A program made the translations under genes and the position numbers. The notes below the pieces were generated by a model. That model was not told the DNA's origin and ran no database searches. It was given only the letters and a program-made list of their open reading frames with translations. Of a stretch of DNA of 64,000 nucleotides, positions 22,814-36,359 are shown one piece after another. The stretch comes from Octopus sinensis (taxonomy: Eukaryota). Numbering within the stretch: position 1 is the stretch's first letter; each line of letters starts with the position of its first letter. The stretch lies in contig NC_043007.1 in assembly GCF_006345805.1 (NCBI RefSeq), positions 66,960,001 to 67,024,000 on the forward strand, in the 5' to 3' direction.

Positions 22814-24704
22814 TAAATAATAAAAATTTGAGGAGAGAGGGAGAGAGAATTAGAGAGGGGGAGAGAGAATGAGAGAAGATGAGGGAGAGAGTGGTGATGA
22901 GAGAAAAAAAAGATGATGATGAGGGAGAGAGACGTGAAGGAAATAGAGAGCCAAAGGAAGAAAGTGATGAAGAAGAGTAGAGAAGAAACAGAAGAGTGGG
23001 AGCAGTCAGGAGCAAGTGGTATAGCTGTAGGTGTAAGGAGGAGTATTGTATAACTGTTGAGCGTTTCACTGGCATGAAGTGCTCAGCCTCAAGGCTTCAT
23101 GCATAAAAGAAGGGACATTACAAGAACACCATCATCATCTCTCCATATCCCTCTCTACCTTGCTTTCTACCTGCCCATCTCCCCCTCTCTCAGGTACATA
23201 GTTTGTAACCTAAAGAAAGGCAGTATTGCTATTACAAGCACATTTCAACTTATGCCCATTTCACACAGTCTTTTTCAACTTTACATTAGTCTCAATGACC
23301 ATATTTAAAAGCATCATAGCCAACAGAGTGCCAGTTCTACAAGCAAGTCAAACACAGTGTCCATCATTGGTTTATTCACACCCAAAAAGGGATAGATGAA
23401 CATACTTCATGTTACCTCACTCTGCTTGCCTACTTCTTTGACACCCTCCTTTCTAACTTTAAAACATTTCCTTTTTTTTTTATCCATCCCCTCATCTCCT
23501 TCCCATACAATTTTGCAAACTACCCATCCACTCACTTCTACTCACCTTGTGCCTTGTGGGTGTCACCTGGGCACCTCATCGGCATTATCTATCTCCTGCA
23601 ATCCCACCCATCCATCCATTTTCTCATAGTTTAATCCTCTTGTCCCCTAGCATGAAGCTGACTCACCCACCTCCTCCAGGGTTTGTAATCTTGGCAATCT
23701 CAATAGTGTAAGTGGCACTCAAAAATAAAAGAAACCCTTCTCCCAGAACACAGCGTGAAGTGGTTGGCATTAGGAAGGGCATCCAGCCACAGAAACTCTG
23801 CTGAATCAGATAATGGAACACGATGCAGTCCTTGGTCTCATTAGACCATGACAAACAGCCAGCAACGGAGGGAGCATGAATGGTAAATGATGATGACAAT
23901 TCTTTTTTATTCTCCATCTTCCACCACCTTATTTTGCTCTTCATTCACTTTGGATTCACAGAATTTTTTTTATATATTATTAATACAAGTACATTCAACT
24001 CACTCTCTCTTTCTCTTTCGCTCATTCCCACTACAACCATCATCTCAACAGAATGGAAAAGAATTGTGTGTGTGTGGTGGGGGGGGGTGATGAGGATAGA
24101 GAGGTAAAACACAAATTACTCTCCTTCCATCTGCCTAGCAAATTGAATTCTCTTAATTACTAGTGCGGCTATTGTTGCTGATGTTATTGTTGTTGTCATT
24201 GTAATTAATAACATTGCTATCGCATTTTTTTCTTCTTTTTCACCTTTTTGATGTTGGCTAATATTGCTTATATATTGTTCCTTGCTCTTGCTGCTATCAC
24301 TGGTTGTTGTTGTTATTATTATTATTATTATTATTGTTGTTGTTGTTGTTGTTACTGCTGTTGTTATTGTTTCTCTTTTTTTCCCCTAATATTGTTTATT
24401 GTGTTTGCTGTTGTTGCTACTATTAGTGTTGTTGTTGTAGTTACTAATGCTGGCACTACTATTGCTGTTATTGTTATATCTGTTGTTGTTGTTGTTGCTG
24501 ATGTTCTTTTTCTAATATTATTGTATTTATTGTAGTTGCTGATAATGCTGTTTGCGGTGGTGGTGGTAGTGGTGGTGGTGGTGGTGAGTCACTACTGCTT
24601 TGGTAAATTGGAAATCATTAATACTGAAATTAAGAAATAATTATAACTACTGTCATTGTAATTAATGTGGTAGTCAATTATTATTGCGATAGTTGTAGCT
24701 ATTT

Positions 24705-25045
24705 CATCATCATCATCGTTTAACGTCCACTTTCCATGGGTTGAACGATTTGACTGAGGTCTGGTGAACCAGATGGCTGCACCAGACTCCAATCTGATCT
24801 GGCCGAATTTCTACAACTGGATGCCCTACCTAACACCAACCACTCCGAGAGTGTAGTGGGTGCTTTTACATGCCACCAGCACGAGGGCCAGTCAGGTGGT
24901 ACTGGCAACGGCCACACTCAAATGGTGCTTTTTATGTGTCACCTGCATAAGAGCCAGTCCAGCGGCACGGGCAACGGCCACACTCAAATGGTGCTTTTTA
25001 TGTGTCACCTGCATAAGAGCCAGTCCAGCAGCACGGGCAACGACA
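24705..25045 (-). mobile_element. RTE-tailed SINE-like retroposon with near-perfect 66-bp internal duplication
   Basis: 22-codon repeat visible in the ORF track (TATLKWCFLCVTCIRASPAARA x2). Confidence 0.8.
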
Positions 25046-25278
25046 TTATAATTATTATTAGTAGTAGTAGTAGTAGTATTATTAAGGTGGCAAGCTGGCA
25101 GAAGTGCTAGCATACCAGACAAAATAATTAGCAACATTTCATCTGTCTTCAAATGCCATGGAAGTCAACTTTGCCTTTCATCCTTTCAGGGTCAATAAAA
25201 TATGTACCAGTTGAGTACTGGGATCGATGTAATCAACTTATCCCTCCCAAAAAATTTCAGGCCTCCCAAAAAATTTCA

Positions 25279-25579
25279 AGGGTTCCAGTTGATCTGATCA
25301 ACAGACCAGCCTGCTCATGAAATTAACATGTAAGTGGCTGAGCATTCCACAAACATGCATAACCTTAAAGTAGTTCTCAGGGAGATTCAGCATGATGCAG
25401 GGTGTGACAATATTGGCCCTTTGATTCACAGGTACAACTCATTCTTTACCAGCTGAGTGAACTGGTGCAATGTGAGATAAAGTGTCTTGCTCAAGGACAT
25501 AATGCACTTCCAGGAATCATACTTATGACCTTACAATCATGAGCCAAAATACCCTAACCACTAAGCTACACGCCTTCAC
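25279..25579 (-). mobile_element. tRNA SINE (family 4)
   Basis: homologous to 5385-5705. Confidence 0.8.
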
Positions 25580-25586
25580 ATATATG

Positions 25587-26030
25587 CAATAATCCCTTAA
25601 CTATCATGGGTGTGACATTCCAAAACCACCCGCAATAGGTGAAAATCCACAAAAGTTGAAACAGTACTGTACTGTATATTTTTTTTAAATTATTTTTATA
25701 ATTTGTATGTATTTATTTTATTATAAATGCAAAATAACACGACAGAGGAATCAACATAAGCCTAAATAATAAACCATGATATGGCAAAAGATTATTGTAT
25801 GTATATATATATATATATAAAGGGGGTTTGTATGATTGTGTATAGAGGGATATATATTATTCAAAGAAATTCCAACTCTGTTTTTTATGTTTTATTCATA
25901 TTCTTTATAATGTTAATGTAGAATATAGAATATATAGTATAAATAGTATATATAGTAAAATGAAATGAAGTATTGATTGTCTTATTGAATAGATGAAATA
26001 TTGAATATCAAATATTAAGGGACTAGTATA
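25587..26030. mobile_element. Tigger/pogo-like (TcMar) MITE, decayed
   Basis: caataatcccttaactatcatgggtgtgacattccaaaacc start and aagggactagtata end resemble CAGTAATCCCTCG-type TIRs. Confidence 0.4.
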
Positions 26031-26220
26031 CTTTCTTGCATTAAAGCAGTCTTCAAGGTCCCAGATTGTGACAGGAGTGTTTTAATTGTATATATATATA
26101 TATATATTAATGATTTGTAGGCACATGGTATTTCATTATGCAACCATAATATGCCACAGAGTATATTAAGCATTTTTATAAGTCAATACCATATGCTATT
26201 GTGTTAGAAGTACTCTTAAA

Positions 26221-26316
26221 TCACGTGTTAAGGTCATCTCTTCATATTTTCAGTAGAAATTATAGCGTTGGCTATAATTTCTATAGAAAATCTGTAGAGA
26301 TGACCGTAACATGTAA
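26221..26316. mobile_element. 96-bp palindromic element
   Basis: perfect 13-bp core tagaaattatagc-gttg-gctataatttcta extending to ~46-bp imperfect arms. Confidence 0.7.
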
Positions 26317-27026
26317 TATATATATTGTTGTGAAAGGATTCCGACCACCTCACAAGTGACTAAGGGTGGACTGATTATTTGTTATAAAACAAAGAACTGT
26401 GAACGATTGGCAATTTGGGTTGATAAGCAGTTCACTGTGAGCCATGGTAGACAGAGGTGAATCTTGTGTAATAAGTAATAGTAGTGCATTGTGTAAATAT
26501 GATGATAGAGATTTCTGGTTTTTGGTTAATGCTGTTGCTTTCTAACATTATTTTTGATTGATAATATAGCTTAACCCCAGATCAATCCTCATTAAGTAGG
26601 TCAAAGATCAAAAGTAATCCAGTCATTTCTTATTCAGACACTATATAATCTACCATTACTGTCAGCCAGTTTAAGAAAGCAAAATATGACTTAAGGGGAA
26701 ATTTGGCTGTTATTTCTAACAGGCCAAGTGATCACACAGAGGTTTCATCCTTTTTGTTGTTGTTGTTGTTGTTTTTGTTGCTTAGCCTAGTGTAAGCTTT
26801 AACTGAACAGACCTGTGATCAAAGGCATTCCCACCATGACGATCCTGTCTTTTCCTTATTCTAAGGTAGTGAGGTATGATTTGAGGGAGAATTAGCAACT
26901 TTTCCTAGCATACCAAGAAACAACAAAAAGACTTCCTCATTGGTTTGTTTTTATGTTCCCATTGACCCTAACAATATTGTTCATGTTACTACTGGTGTTA
27001 TTGTTGCTAATATTGTTAAGATTATT

Positions 27027-27474
27027 ACTCTTTTACTTGTTTCAGTCATTTGACTGTGGCCATGCTGGAGCACTGCCTTTAGTCGAGCAAATCGACCCCA
27101 GGACTTATTCTTTGTAAGCCTAGTACTTATTCTATCAGTCTCTCTTGCTGAACTGCTAAGTTATGGGGACATAAACACACCAGCATCAGTTGTCAAGCGA
27201 TGTTGGGTGGACAAACACAGACATACAAACATATACACACACATATATATATATACATATATACGACGGGCTTCTTTCAGTTTCCGTCTACCAAATCCAC
27301 TCACAAGGCTTTGGTCGACCCGAGGCTAGAGTAGAAGACACTTGCCCAAGGTGCCACACAGTGGTACTGAACCAGGAACCATGTGGTTGATAAACAAGCT
27401 ACTTTATTTGATAAAATTTGTCATCATAGACAGTAGATAAACAAGCCACTTACCACACAGCTACTCCTACACCT
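27027..27474 (-). mobile_element. CORE-like SINE (family 1), full length
   Basis: family 1 motifs; 32-bp insert in head. Confidence 0.85.
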
Positions 27475-27751
27475 ATTATTATTGTTGAGATTATTATTAT
27501 TAATATTATTATTATTATTATTATTAAGGTGGCAAGCTGGCAAAATACTTAGCAGCATTTCATCTGTCTTGATGCTCTGAGTTCAAATTCTGCCACGGCC
27601 AACTTTGCCTTTCATCCTTTCAGGGTTGATAGAATGAGTACCAGTTGAACACAGGGGTCAATGTAATCTACTTACCTCCTCCCCTAAACTCACTAACCTT
27701 ATGCCAAAAACTGAAACCATTATTATTAAGACAACAAGCTGAAAGAATCAA

Positions 27752-28160
27752 TAGGTGTAGGAGTGGCTGTGTGGTAAGTAGCTTGCTTCCCAACCACATG
27801 GTTCCGGGTTCAGTCCCACTGTGTGGCACCTTGGACAAGTGTCTTCTACTATAGCCTCGAGCTGACCAAAGCCTTGTGAGTGGATTTGGTAGACGGAAAC
27901 TGAAAGAAGCCCGTCGTATATATGTATATATATGTATGTGTGTGTATATGTTTGTGTGTCTGTGTTTGTCTCCCCAACATTGCTTGACAACCGATGGTGA
28001 TGTGTTTACGTCCCCGTAACTTAGCAGTTCGGCAAAAGAAACCGATAGAATAAGTACTAGGCTTACAGAGAATAAGTCTTGGGGTCGATTTGCTCGACTA
28101 AAGGCGGTGCTCCAGCATGGCCACAGTCACATGACTGAAACAAGTAAAAAAGTAAAAGAG
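27752..28160 (+). mobile_element. CORE-like SINE (family 1) nested in a family 2 SINE head
   Basis: family 2 head (aagacaacaagctgaaagaatc) resumes after it (tatgccaggcaaaatgcttag). Confidence 0.8.
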
Positions 28161-28627
28161 TATGCCAGGCAAAATGCTTAGAGGCATTGCGTCCTTCTTT
28201 ACATTCTGAGTTCAAATTACACAGAGCACTGGGTTCAAATTCCACTAACTGACCTCCCTCTCCCTGAAATGTTGACTTTGTACCAAAATTTGAAACCAAT
28301 AATATCATATCATCATTACCATGCTTTTTGATGTTGTCTTATCCACTTTTAATGTTTTAATATATTAATGTCTATCAGTAATAAATTTACCAAGACAAAT
28401 CAATAAACATTCCACTACGAAACATATAAAACCCTCCCTACCTGACTCCTTCAACCGTTTTCTAATTCCAATCTCCAATTTGATACCTAGAAGTGTGTGA
28501 CTGTATATGCATGAATGTATGCATATATACATATATATTCACAAACTTTTTGTGTGTATGTGTATATATGTGTAGGCATGTGTCTATATACTTTTAATAT
28601 AATTACATGCATACATAAAAGCATGTG

Positions 28628-28666
<39 letters not shown>

Positions 28667-28926
28667 ATTTATATGCATACATACATACACACAACAGAAT
28701 AAATACCAGTAGTGGGGTCAATTTCATTTAACTAAAAATTCTTTAAGACTGTGCCCCAGCATGGCTGCACTCTAATGACTGAAAGAAGTAAAAGGTATGC
28801 ACATAAATGTACACACACATATGCATATGTATACACACACATAAACATTCATATATACATAGATACACACACCCACATACACAATCGTAAAAAAACATGC
28901 CAGCATATACACAAACACACCCAGAT

Positions 28927-28929
<3 letters not shown>

Positions 28930-28969
<40 letters not shown>

Positions 28970-29219
28970 GTGTGTGTATATATGTATATATATATGTATA
29001 TATATATGTGTGTATTATATATATATAATATATATATGTGTGTGTGTATATATATATGTGTGTGTGTGTATATATATGCGTGTGTGTATATATATATGTG
29101 TGTGTATATATATATGCGTGTGTGTATATATATATGCGTGTGTGTATATATATATATATGTGTATATATATATATATATATGTGTGTATATATATAATAT
29201 ATGTGTGTATATATATATA

Positions 29220-29262
<43 letters not shown>

Positions 29263-29370
29263 ATATATATATATATAATGTGTGTGTATATATATGTGTG
29301 TGTGTGTGTATATATATATATATACACACATGCGTGCACACACACACACACCACACATACACACACACAC
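28930..29370. repeat. Compound (TA)n/(TG)n/(CA)n microsatellite
   Basis: direct inspection; source of the spurious YI/CV/HT ORFs. Confidence 0.95.
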
Positions 29371-30679
29371 AAAAACTTAGAAGGAAAATTACAGTTTACC
29401 ATTAAAGACCTATGTATATGGATCTAAATGATCGTGTAAGGGGAACAGGTTGTGAGATACGGCGGGGGAATAAACAAAGCGGAGGAGGTAAAGATACCAT
29501 AACAACCAGTTTTGTAGTTAAATGTGCAGAGAAAGAAGAGGAAGAGAGAGGAAAGGAAGGTGGATTAGACAGGCAAGAGAAAAGAAGAGGAGAAATAGAG
29601 CGAGAATAGATAAGAGTGTGAGCACTCAGAGGTATTTGAATGCAGAGCCATAAACCTTCATTAGTGCTGAGGATTCCTTGGTAAAGGTTTTCAGTTTTCA
29701 CTATGGGTGAAATTATCACTAACAGTTTTTTTGCATGTGACAACACTGATGATACCTCACACACACACACTCCAACAGACAGACAGATTCATCACACACA
29801 CACTCAAACAGACAGACAGATTCATCACACACACACACACAAAGTTTGCATGGAAAAAAACACCATCCAATCTGATAGTCAATCCTTCACTCACTGACAC
29901 ATTGATCCTAGATCATTGGCACCATGATGTTTCTCTAATTTATACTACCACCACCACTACTACTATCTATGGTCACTAGACCTGTTAGATATAGCAACCA
30001 AATCACCTTCAAATTACATTGTCTTTAAAGGGAATAATTAAAGATAGATTTTTTAAAAAAATAAACTGATAAAAAGTTTCATAAATTACTGAGTCTTAGG
30101 GATACCATTAAATGTTTTCCAATTTATGCTGTATGTTTAGGGCAAGTATTTACTTCTTCTTGCAGCACCGCACAATGCTAGTTACATGCTAATCACATGC
30201 CAACTGAAGTTTCACTAAACACCATTTTTCCCCAACCCTTCCTCTCTACAAATGAAACCCTCTGGATCTTCATTCTGCATTGAACAGTATAATAACCTTG
30301 ACATGAACCAGTTTAGATAGGGTTACAAATGTTATCAGCACCATAACATTTTCATCGGCACCATAACATTTCATTTGGGGGACATTAAAAATGTTGAGAC
30401 AGTGGGGTATCAACCATCCATGTGATTGGCTTCTTGATCAACTGGTTAACATGGAACTCCAAATTTTTCAATACAAGAACATGCTATTTGAAGAAAATTT
30501 GCCTACTATTTCTAGCAAGCCAAGCAATGATTTGCACAATCAACAGACGGAAGAATGAAAGAGGAGTCTATCAGACAACTGATGATAAAACCAGACAAAA
30601 CTAAACTTGAATTTAATAGCAATCAATAATTAAAGATAGATTAAAAAAAAAAACTGATAAAAAATTTCAGAAAATTTCA

Positions 30680-31998
30680 AAAATTGGCAGAATTGTTAAC
30701 ATACCAGGCAAAATGTTTAGCAGAATTTCATTCATCTTTATGTTCTAAGTTCAAGTTCTACTAAGGTCAACTTTGCCATTCATCCTTTCAGGGTTAATAA
30801 AATAAGTGCCAGTTGAGCACTGGGGTTGATGTAATTGACTTACTTCTCCCCTGAAATTACTGGAATTGTACCAAAATTTGAAGTCATTTAAGGACTTCAA
30901 ATTTTGACACAAGTCCAGTAATTTCAGCTGGAAAAGTCATTAACATGTCAGATAAAATGCTTCATCTATCCTTACATTATGAATTCAAATTCCACCAAGG
31001 TCAACCTTGCTGTTTGACCCCTCAAGATCAATAAAATAAGTACCAGTTATGCACTGGGATCGATGAAATAAGCACCAGTCAAACACAGATATAATCAACG
31101 TATCCTCCCGCAAAATTTTAAGCCTTGTACCTAGAGTAGAAAGGATTCTTCTTATAATTACAGCCCAGTGGTTAGGGTGTTGCACTCACGATCAGGAGAT
31201 CATGGTCTCAATCCCTAGACCAGATGGTATGTTCTGTTCTTGAGCAAAACACTTCATCACATGTTGCTCTGCAATCAATTTGACACCTGATGCATGGTGC
31301 ATTGAGCACCTGTTCAGGTAATATTGATTTAATGGAGAGAGTGAGCTAATGTGCGGCACATACACTTAAGCTCTATAAACAAATCATTTATGCAAGCTGT
31401 TCAACAAAAGCTGAACACTCGAATGTCATCTTCGATGGGGGAGTCCATCATCATCACCATTATTATTGTTATTATTCTGCCAAGATCAACTTTGCTTTTC
31501 ATCTTTTTGGGGTGGGTAAATTAAGTACCAGTGAAACACTGGGATCGATGTAATCAACTAGTCCTCTCCCCCAAAATTTCAGCCCTTGTGCCTATAGTAA
31601 AAAAGTTTATTACAAATTCCGCCGAAGTCGACTTTGCCTTTCATCCTTTCAGGGTCGATAAATTAAGTACCAGTTATGAACTGGGTCGATGTAATCGACT
31701 TAATCTCTTTGTCTGTCTTTGTTTCTCCCCTCTATGTTCAGCTCCTTGTGGGCAATAAAAAAATTATTATTATTATTATTATTATAGGTGGCAAACTGAC
31801 AAAATCATTAGCACGCTGGATGAAATGCTTAGTGGTATTTCGCCCGTCACTACATTCTGTGTTCAAAATCCACCAAGGTCGATTTTGCCTTTCATCCTTT
31901 CGGGGTCAATAAATTAAGTACCAGTTGAGCACTGGGGGTCGATGTAATCGATTATCCCCGTCCCCCAAATTTCAGTCCTTGTGCCTCTAGTAGAAAGG

Positions 31999-32010
<12 letters not shown>
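30680..32010. mobile_element. Cluster of family 2 SINE copies (mixed orientation, includes variant B at ~31600-31765) and one family 3-like copy (31160-31460)
   Basis: repeated gcctttcatcctttc...taagtaccag cores separated by (ATT)n. Confidence 0.75.
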
Positions 32011-32037
<27 letters not shown>

Positions 32038-32459
32038 GTGATGAATGGTAAAAACAAAAGTGTTGAACAGTTATGGCCCTTTACACCTTAGAAAAAGGAA
32101 AACAATAAGCAATCAATAATGTATTAGGACTGACTTATTGGGCCCTCCCTCATCCCCACTTCCTGTCCACTCTTACAAATGTGTGCAGCCTGGTCTCAAT
32201 GCAAGAAGTAAGGTCCATTAGCATAAGTAGGCTGTAGTAGTTTGGTTAACATTTCAAGAAAAACATAGTTTACAGACGTTACGAATAACGAGAGAAGGGT
32301 GCTGTTAGAAGTAGACAGAGTGGATGGGGGGGGGGAGAGACAGTATGAGTGAATTGATGAAAACTGCACACTTATTTCATTATTGGTGTTTATTCAAATC
32401 AAATGTGCAGAAATTTTTTCCGGTGGAATAATGCGTAACAGTAAATATAAGGATATGGG

Positions 32460-33220
32460 AGGGGGGTAGGAGGAGGAGAAGAAGAAGAAGGAGGAGAAGA
32501 AAAGGAAAGAAGAAGAAGAAAGAAGAAGAAAGAAGAGAAGAAAGAAGAAGAAAGAAGAGAAGAAGAAGAAGAAGAAGAAGAAGAAGAAGAAGACGGAGAA
32601 GAAGGAGAAGAAGAAGAAGAAAGAGGAGAAGAAGAAGAAGAAAGAAGAGGAAGAAAGAAGAAGAAGACGACGACGACGAAGAAGAATGAGGAGAGAGTAC
32701 AAAGAAAAGAAAATGATGATGATGATGATGATGACAGCTATAAAAACCATGGTGGTTTGTGGCAGTCCTCGTTAATGATAGTAGTGGTGATGATATAAAG
32801 GTGAAGATTAGTAATCATGATGATAATGATGATTATTAAAAAACAACAGTGGTGGTGATGATGGCAGCCATGATGACAATGGTTCTAATGACAGCAGCTG
32901 AGTGAGGTCCATACCATGATGATGAAGACGATGATGATGATGATCATAACGATATCAATGATGAATCCAATGCTTGCTATGGCTACGATGGTTTTGTGGA
33001 GAAACTGAAAAGAACGATAATGCTCATTATAGTAGATACAATAACAAAGAATGATGATGATGATGATGATGATGATGACGATGATGATGATGATGATGAT
33101 CTTCATGATGATGATCATCATCCTCATCATCATGATGCTGGGATGAACTGCTAGTGTCAATACAGGTAGTGTTTGTGTTAAAATAAGGAGAATGATGCTG
33201 ATGATGACGATGAATTGCTA
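32460..33220. repeat. (GAA)n purine tract (32460-32700) followed by (GAT)n tracts
   Basis: direct inspection. Confidence 0.9.
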
Positions 33221-33278
33221 TAGCAACAGAAGAGGAGGAGGAGGGTGGTGCTATATCAGAGTGAAGGTGGAAAAGGGA

Positions 33279-33484
33279 TTAATTCTTTAGCATTCAAATG
33301 ATTCACATTGTTTTGAATTAATGATGCATTTTCTCACAGCTATGAGATTTCGATGATATGATTGTATATTTTTAGAATTACATTGTAGGGTAAGTATGAG
33401 AGGTTAGATCTGGTCAGTCTAAACATAAAGCAAGTGGAATATCTGGGCCTGATATGGCCAATTTAAATGCTAAAATGTTTTAAC
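33279..33484 (-). mobile_element. piggyBac-like MITE, full length
   Basis: ttaa-ttctttagcatt ... aatgctaaaatgt-ttaa. Confidence 0.7.
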
Positions 33485-33689
33485 AATTCACAGGAAAGGA
33501 ATTGAGATAAGTATTCATTTCAGAGAGTAGAATGGAAGCAGTACATGACATATTGGGCAAGTACCTTTAATTTGGGATTCAGGGTCAACCCAATCCTTGC
33601 AAATTAAATTAGGGAGATGGGATGGAAACTGTGTGGAAGCTCATCAGATAGTGTGCTAATGATTCTGCCTGAAGAAGAAGAAGAAGAAA

Positions 33690-34152
33690 CTTTTCTCCTT
33701 TAGGCACAAGGCCCCAAAATTTTGGGGGAGGGGGCAAGTCGATAAGATCAACTCCAGTACGCAACCAGTACTTAATTTATCGACCTCAAAAGGATTAAAA
33801 GCAAAGTTGACCTCGGTGGAATTTGAACTCAGAACATAGCGACAAGCAAAATACTGCTAAGCATTTCACCTGGCATGCTAACGATTCTGCCAGCTTGCAG
33901 CCTTTATAATAATAGTAATAATAATAATCCTTTCTACTAAAGGCATGAGGGCTGAAATTTTGGAAGAAAGGATTGGTAGATTACATCGCCCCCAGTGATT
34001 CACGGGTACTTAATTTATCAGCCTTGAAAGGATAAAAGGCAAAGTCGACCTCGGCAGAATTTGAACTCAGAACGTAAAGCTGGACAAAATGCTGCTGAGC
34101 ATTTTGCCTGGCATGCTAACAATTCTGCCATCTCGCCACCTTTATAATAATA

Positions 34153-34189
<37 letters not shown>

Positions 34190-34260
34190 TTTGGTCCAAA
34201 GCCAGCAATTTCAGGAGAGAGGGTAAGTTGATCACACCAACTCCAGTGCCTAACTGGTAT
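33690..34260 (-). mobile_element. Tandem family 2 SINEs in (TAA)n
   Basis: two full copies and one partial, separated by (AAT)n. Confidence 0.8.
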
Positions 34261-34272
34261 TATTTTATTTAA

Positions 34273-34885
34273 GGAGGTGAGCTGGCAGAAACGTTAGCAC
34301 GCCGGGTGAAATGCTTAGCGGTATTTCGTTTGCGTTACGTTGGGAGTTCAAATTCCGCCGAGGTCGACTTTGCCTTTCATCCTTTCGGGGTCGATAAATT
34401 AAGTACCAGTTACACACTGGGGTCGATGTAATCGACTTAATACCTATGTCTGTCCTTGTTTGTCCCCTCTGTGTTTAGCCCCTTGTGGCAATAATAGAAA
34501 TAGGAGTGGCTGTGTGGTAAGTAGCTTGCTAACCAACCACATGGTTCCAGGTTCAGTCCCACTGCGTGGCATCTTGGGCAAGTGTCTTCTGCTATAGCCC
34601 CGGGCCAACCAATGCCTTGTGAGTGGATTTGGTAGACGGAAACTGAAAAGAAGCCTGTCATATATATGTATATATATATGTATGTGTGTTTGTGTTTGTC
34701 CCCCTAGTATTGCTTGACAACCGATGCTGGTGTGTTTACGTCCCCGTCACTTAGCGGTTCGGCAAAAGAGACCGATAGAATAAGTACTGGGCTTACAAAA
34801 AATAAGTCCCGGGGTCGATTTGCTCAACTAAAGGCGGTGCTCCAGCATGGCCGCAGTCAAATGACTGAAACAAGTAAAAGAGTAA
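34273..34885 (+). mobile_element. Young family 2 variant-B SINE (34273-34500) abutting a full CORE-like SINE (34500-34885)
   Basis: CpG-rich, near-consensus copies. Confidence 0.85.
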
Positions 34886-36252
34886 CAGAGATTATTTTAT
34901 TGACCCAGAAAGGATGAAAGGCAAAGTTGATCTCACTGGAATTTGAACTCAGAATGTAACGACAGATGAAATGTCACTAAGCATTTTTCCTGGTAGGCTA
35001 AGGATTCTATTAGTCATGAAGAAAGCAATTTTCTTTAAGGGAAAGAGATAGTTGTCACCATTAACCCTCGTACTTGAAATGACAAAATTGTTGTACACTC
35101 ACGTGCACCCCCCCGCCCCCCCGCAATTCAAAGATCCAGCCACATCCATGCACAAATCATGATGATTTCTGCCTGAGAATTTCACGGGGGAACAAGGGAT
35201 GAAAGTACACATGTCTGTGGAATACTCAGCCACTTACACATTAATGCGATGAGCAGGTAACTCAGTTTGATTAAGCTACTGATGACTCATCACCAAATGT
35301 GACAGAGATCCATTTTGCTTCTTGCTTTGCATTTTACGAGTAACAACACGAGATAGCAAAAAATAGAAAAAAAAAGGAAAGGCAGGGGGGGGAAAAGTCC
35401 AAATTTGCAAATAAACTAAAATGCAAACAACAATGGTGATAATTACAACAACTAATATAATTGATTTTTCTCAAAAAAAAAAAAGTTCAATATAACAAAC
35501 AACAACAAAGATAACCTAACAATTATCAAGAGAGCAAAAAATCACATTTCACACCTCCATCTATTTCATTTTATTGTCTCTTGTTATTGATGTTGTGAGT
35601 TAATTTCTTATAGTTTTATTTGATTTAGTGAATTATTTTTAGTTAGTTTATTGGGTTTTGTTGCTGTTTTGCATTCTGATTTTCTTTAATTTTTTTTTTT
35701 TGAAATTCTGTTGTTTTACTGTTTAATTGTGTTGATCATAGATTCTGTTATTCTTTTCTCATTTTTATTTTATTTTTTGTATAAAAAAATGTTTATTGTA
35801 TATTTATTGTTTTATTCTTTATTGTTCTTGCTAGATATTGTTGTATCCTTTACTGCTTTTTTTTAAAATTGTTGTTGTTGTTGCTGGTGTTGTTTACTAA
35901 TCTTATATATTGTGTTATTTATTTATTGCTTCACTTGTTTTTAAGTTGTAGACTTCACATTTCTTTTAATTTTGCCTGATTTTGTTTTTCTATTTTATTA
36001 GTTATCAATATTTGTGTTGTTATTAATAAGAGCGAGCTCTCTGTTTTTTGGGGCATTTTTTTTTTTGTTTTTCTTTAAAAAAAAATTAGAAATTCTTGAA
36101 AGTTTCTCAAAGACTATGGTTAGCCAACCCTTCTTAAATCAGTCAGAAATTTATAACCCATCCCATCCACACACACACACACATCATCATCATCATACAA
36201 ACTAATTAACATTTACCCACTATTTTTATGTCCTTGCACCACCAACCAACCA

Positions 36253-36283
<31 letters not shown>

Positions 36284-36327
36284 ACCATCAGTGGAGTTCT
36301 TTATTTTCTATCACCTCCTTACGAAGA

Positions 36328-36359
<32 letters not shown>

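Noticed and set aside
28743-29427. Long overlapping ORFs of 117-219 aa (YI/HT/CV-rich)
   Set aside because: Translations of a (TA)/(TG) microsatellite, which lacks stops in several frames.
32394-33160. Hydrophobic poly-F and poly-I ORFs resembling membrane proteins
   Set aside because: Reverse translations of (GAA)n and (GAT)n tracts.
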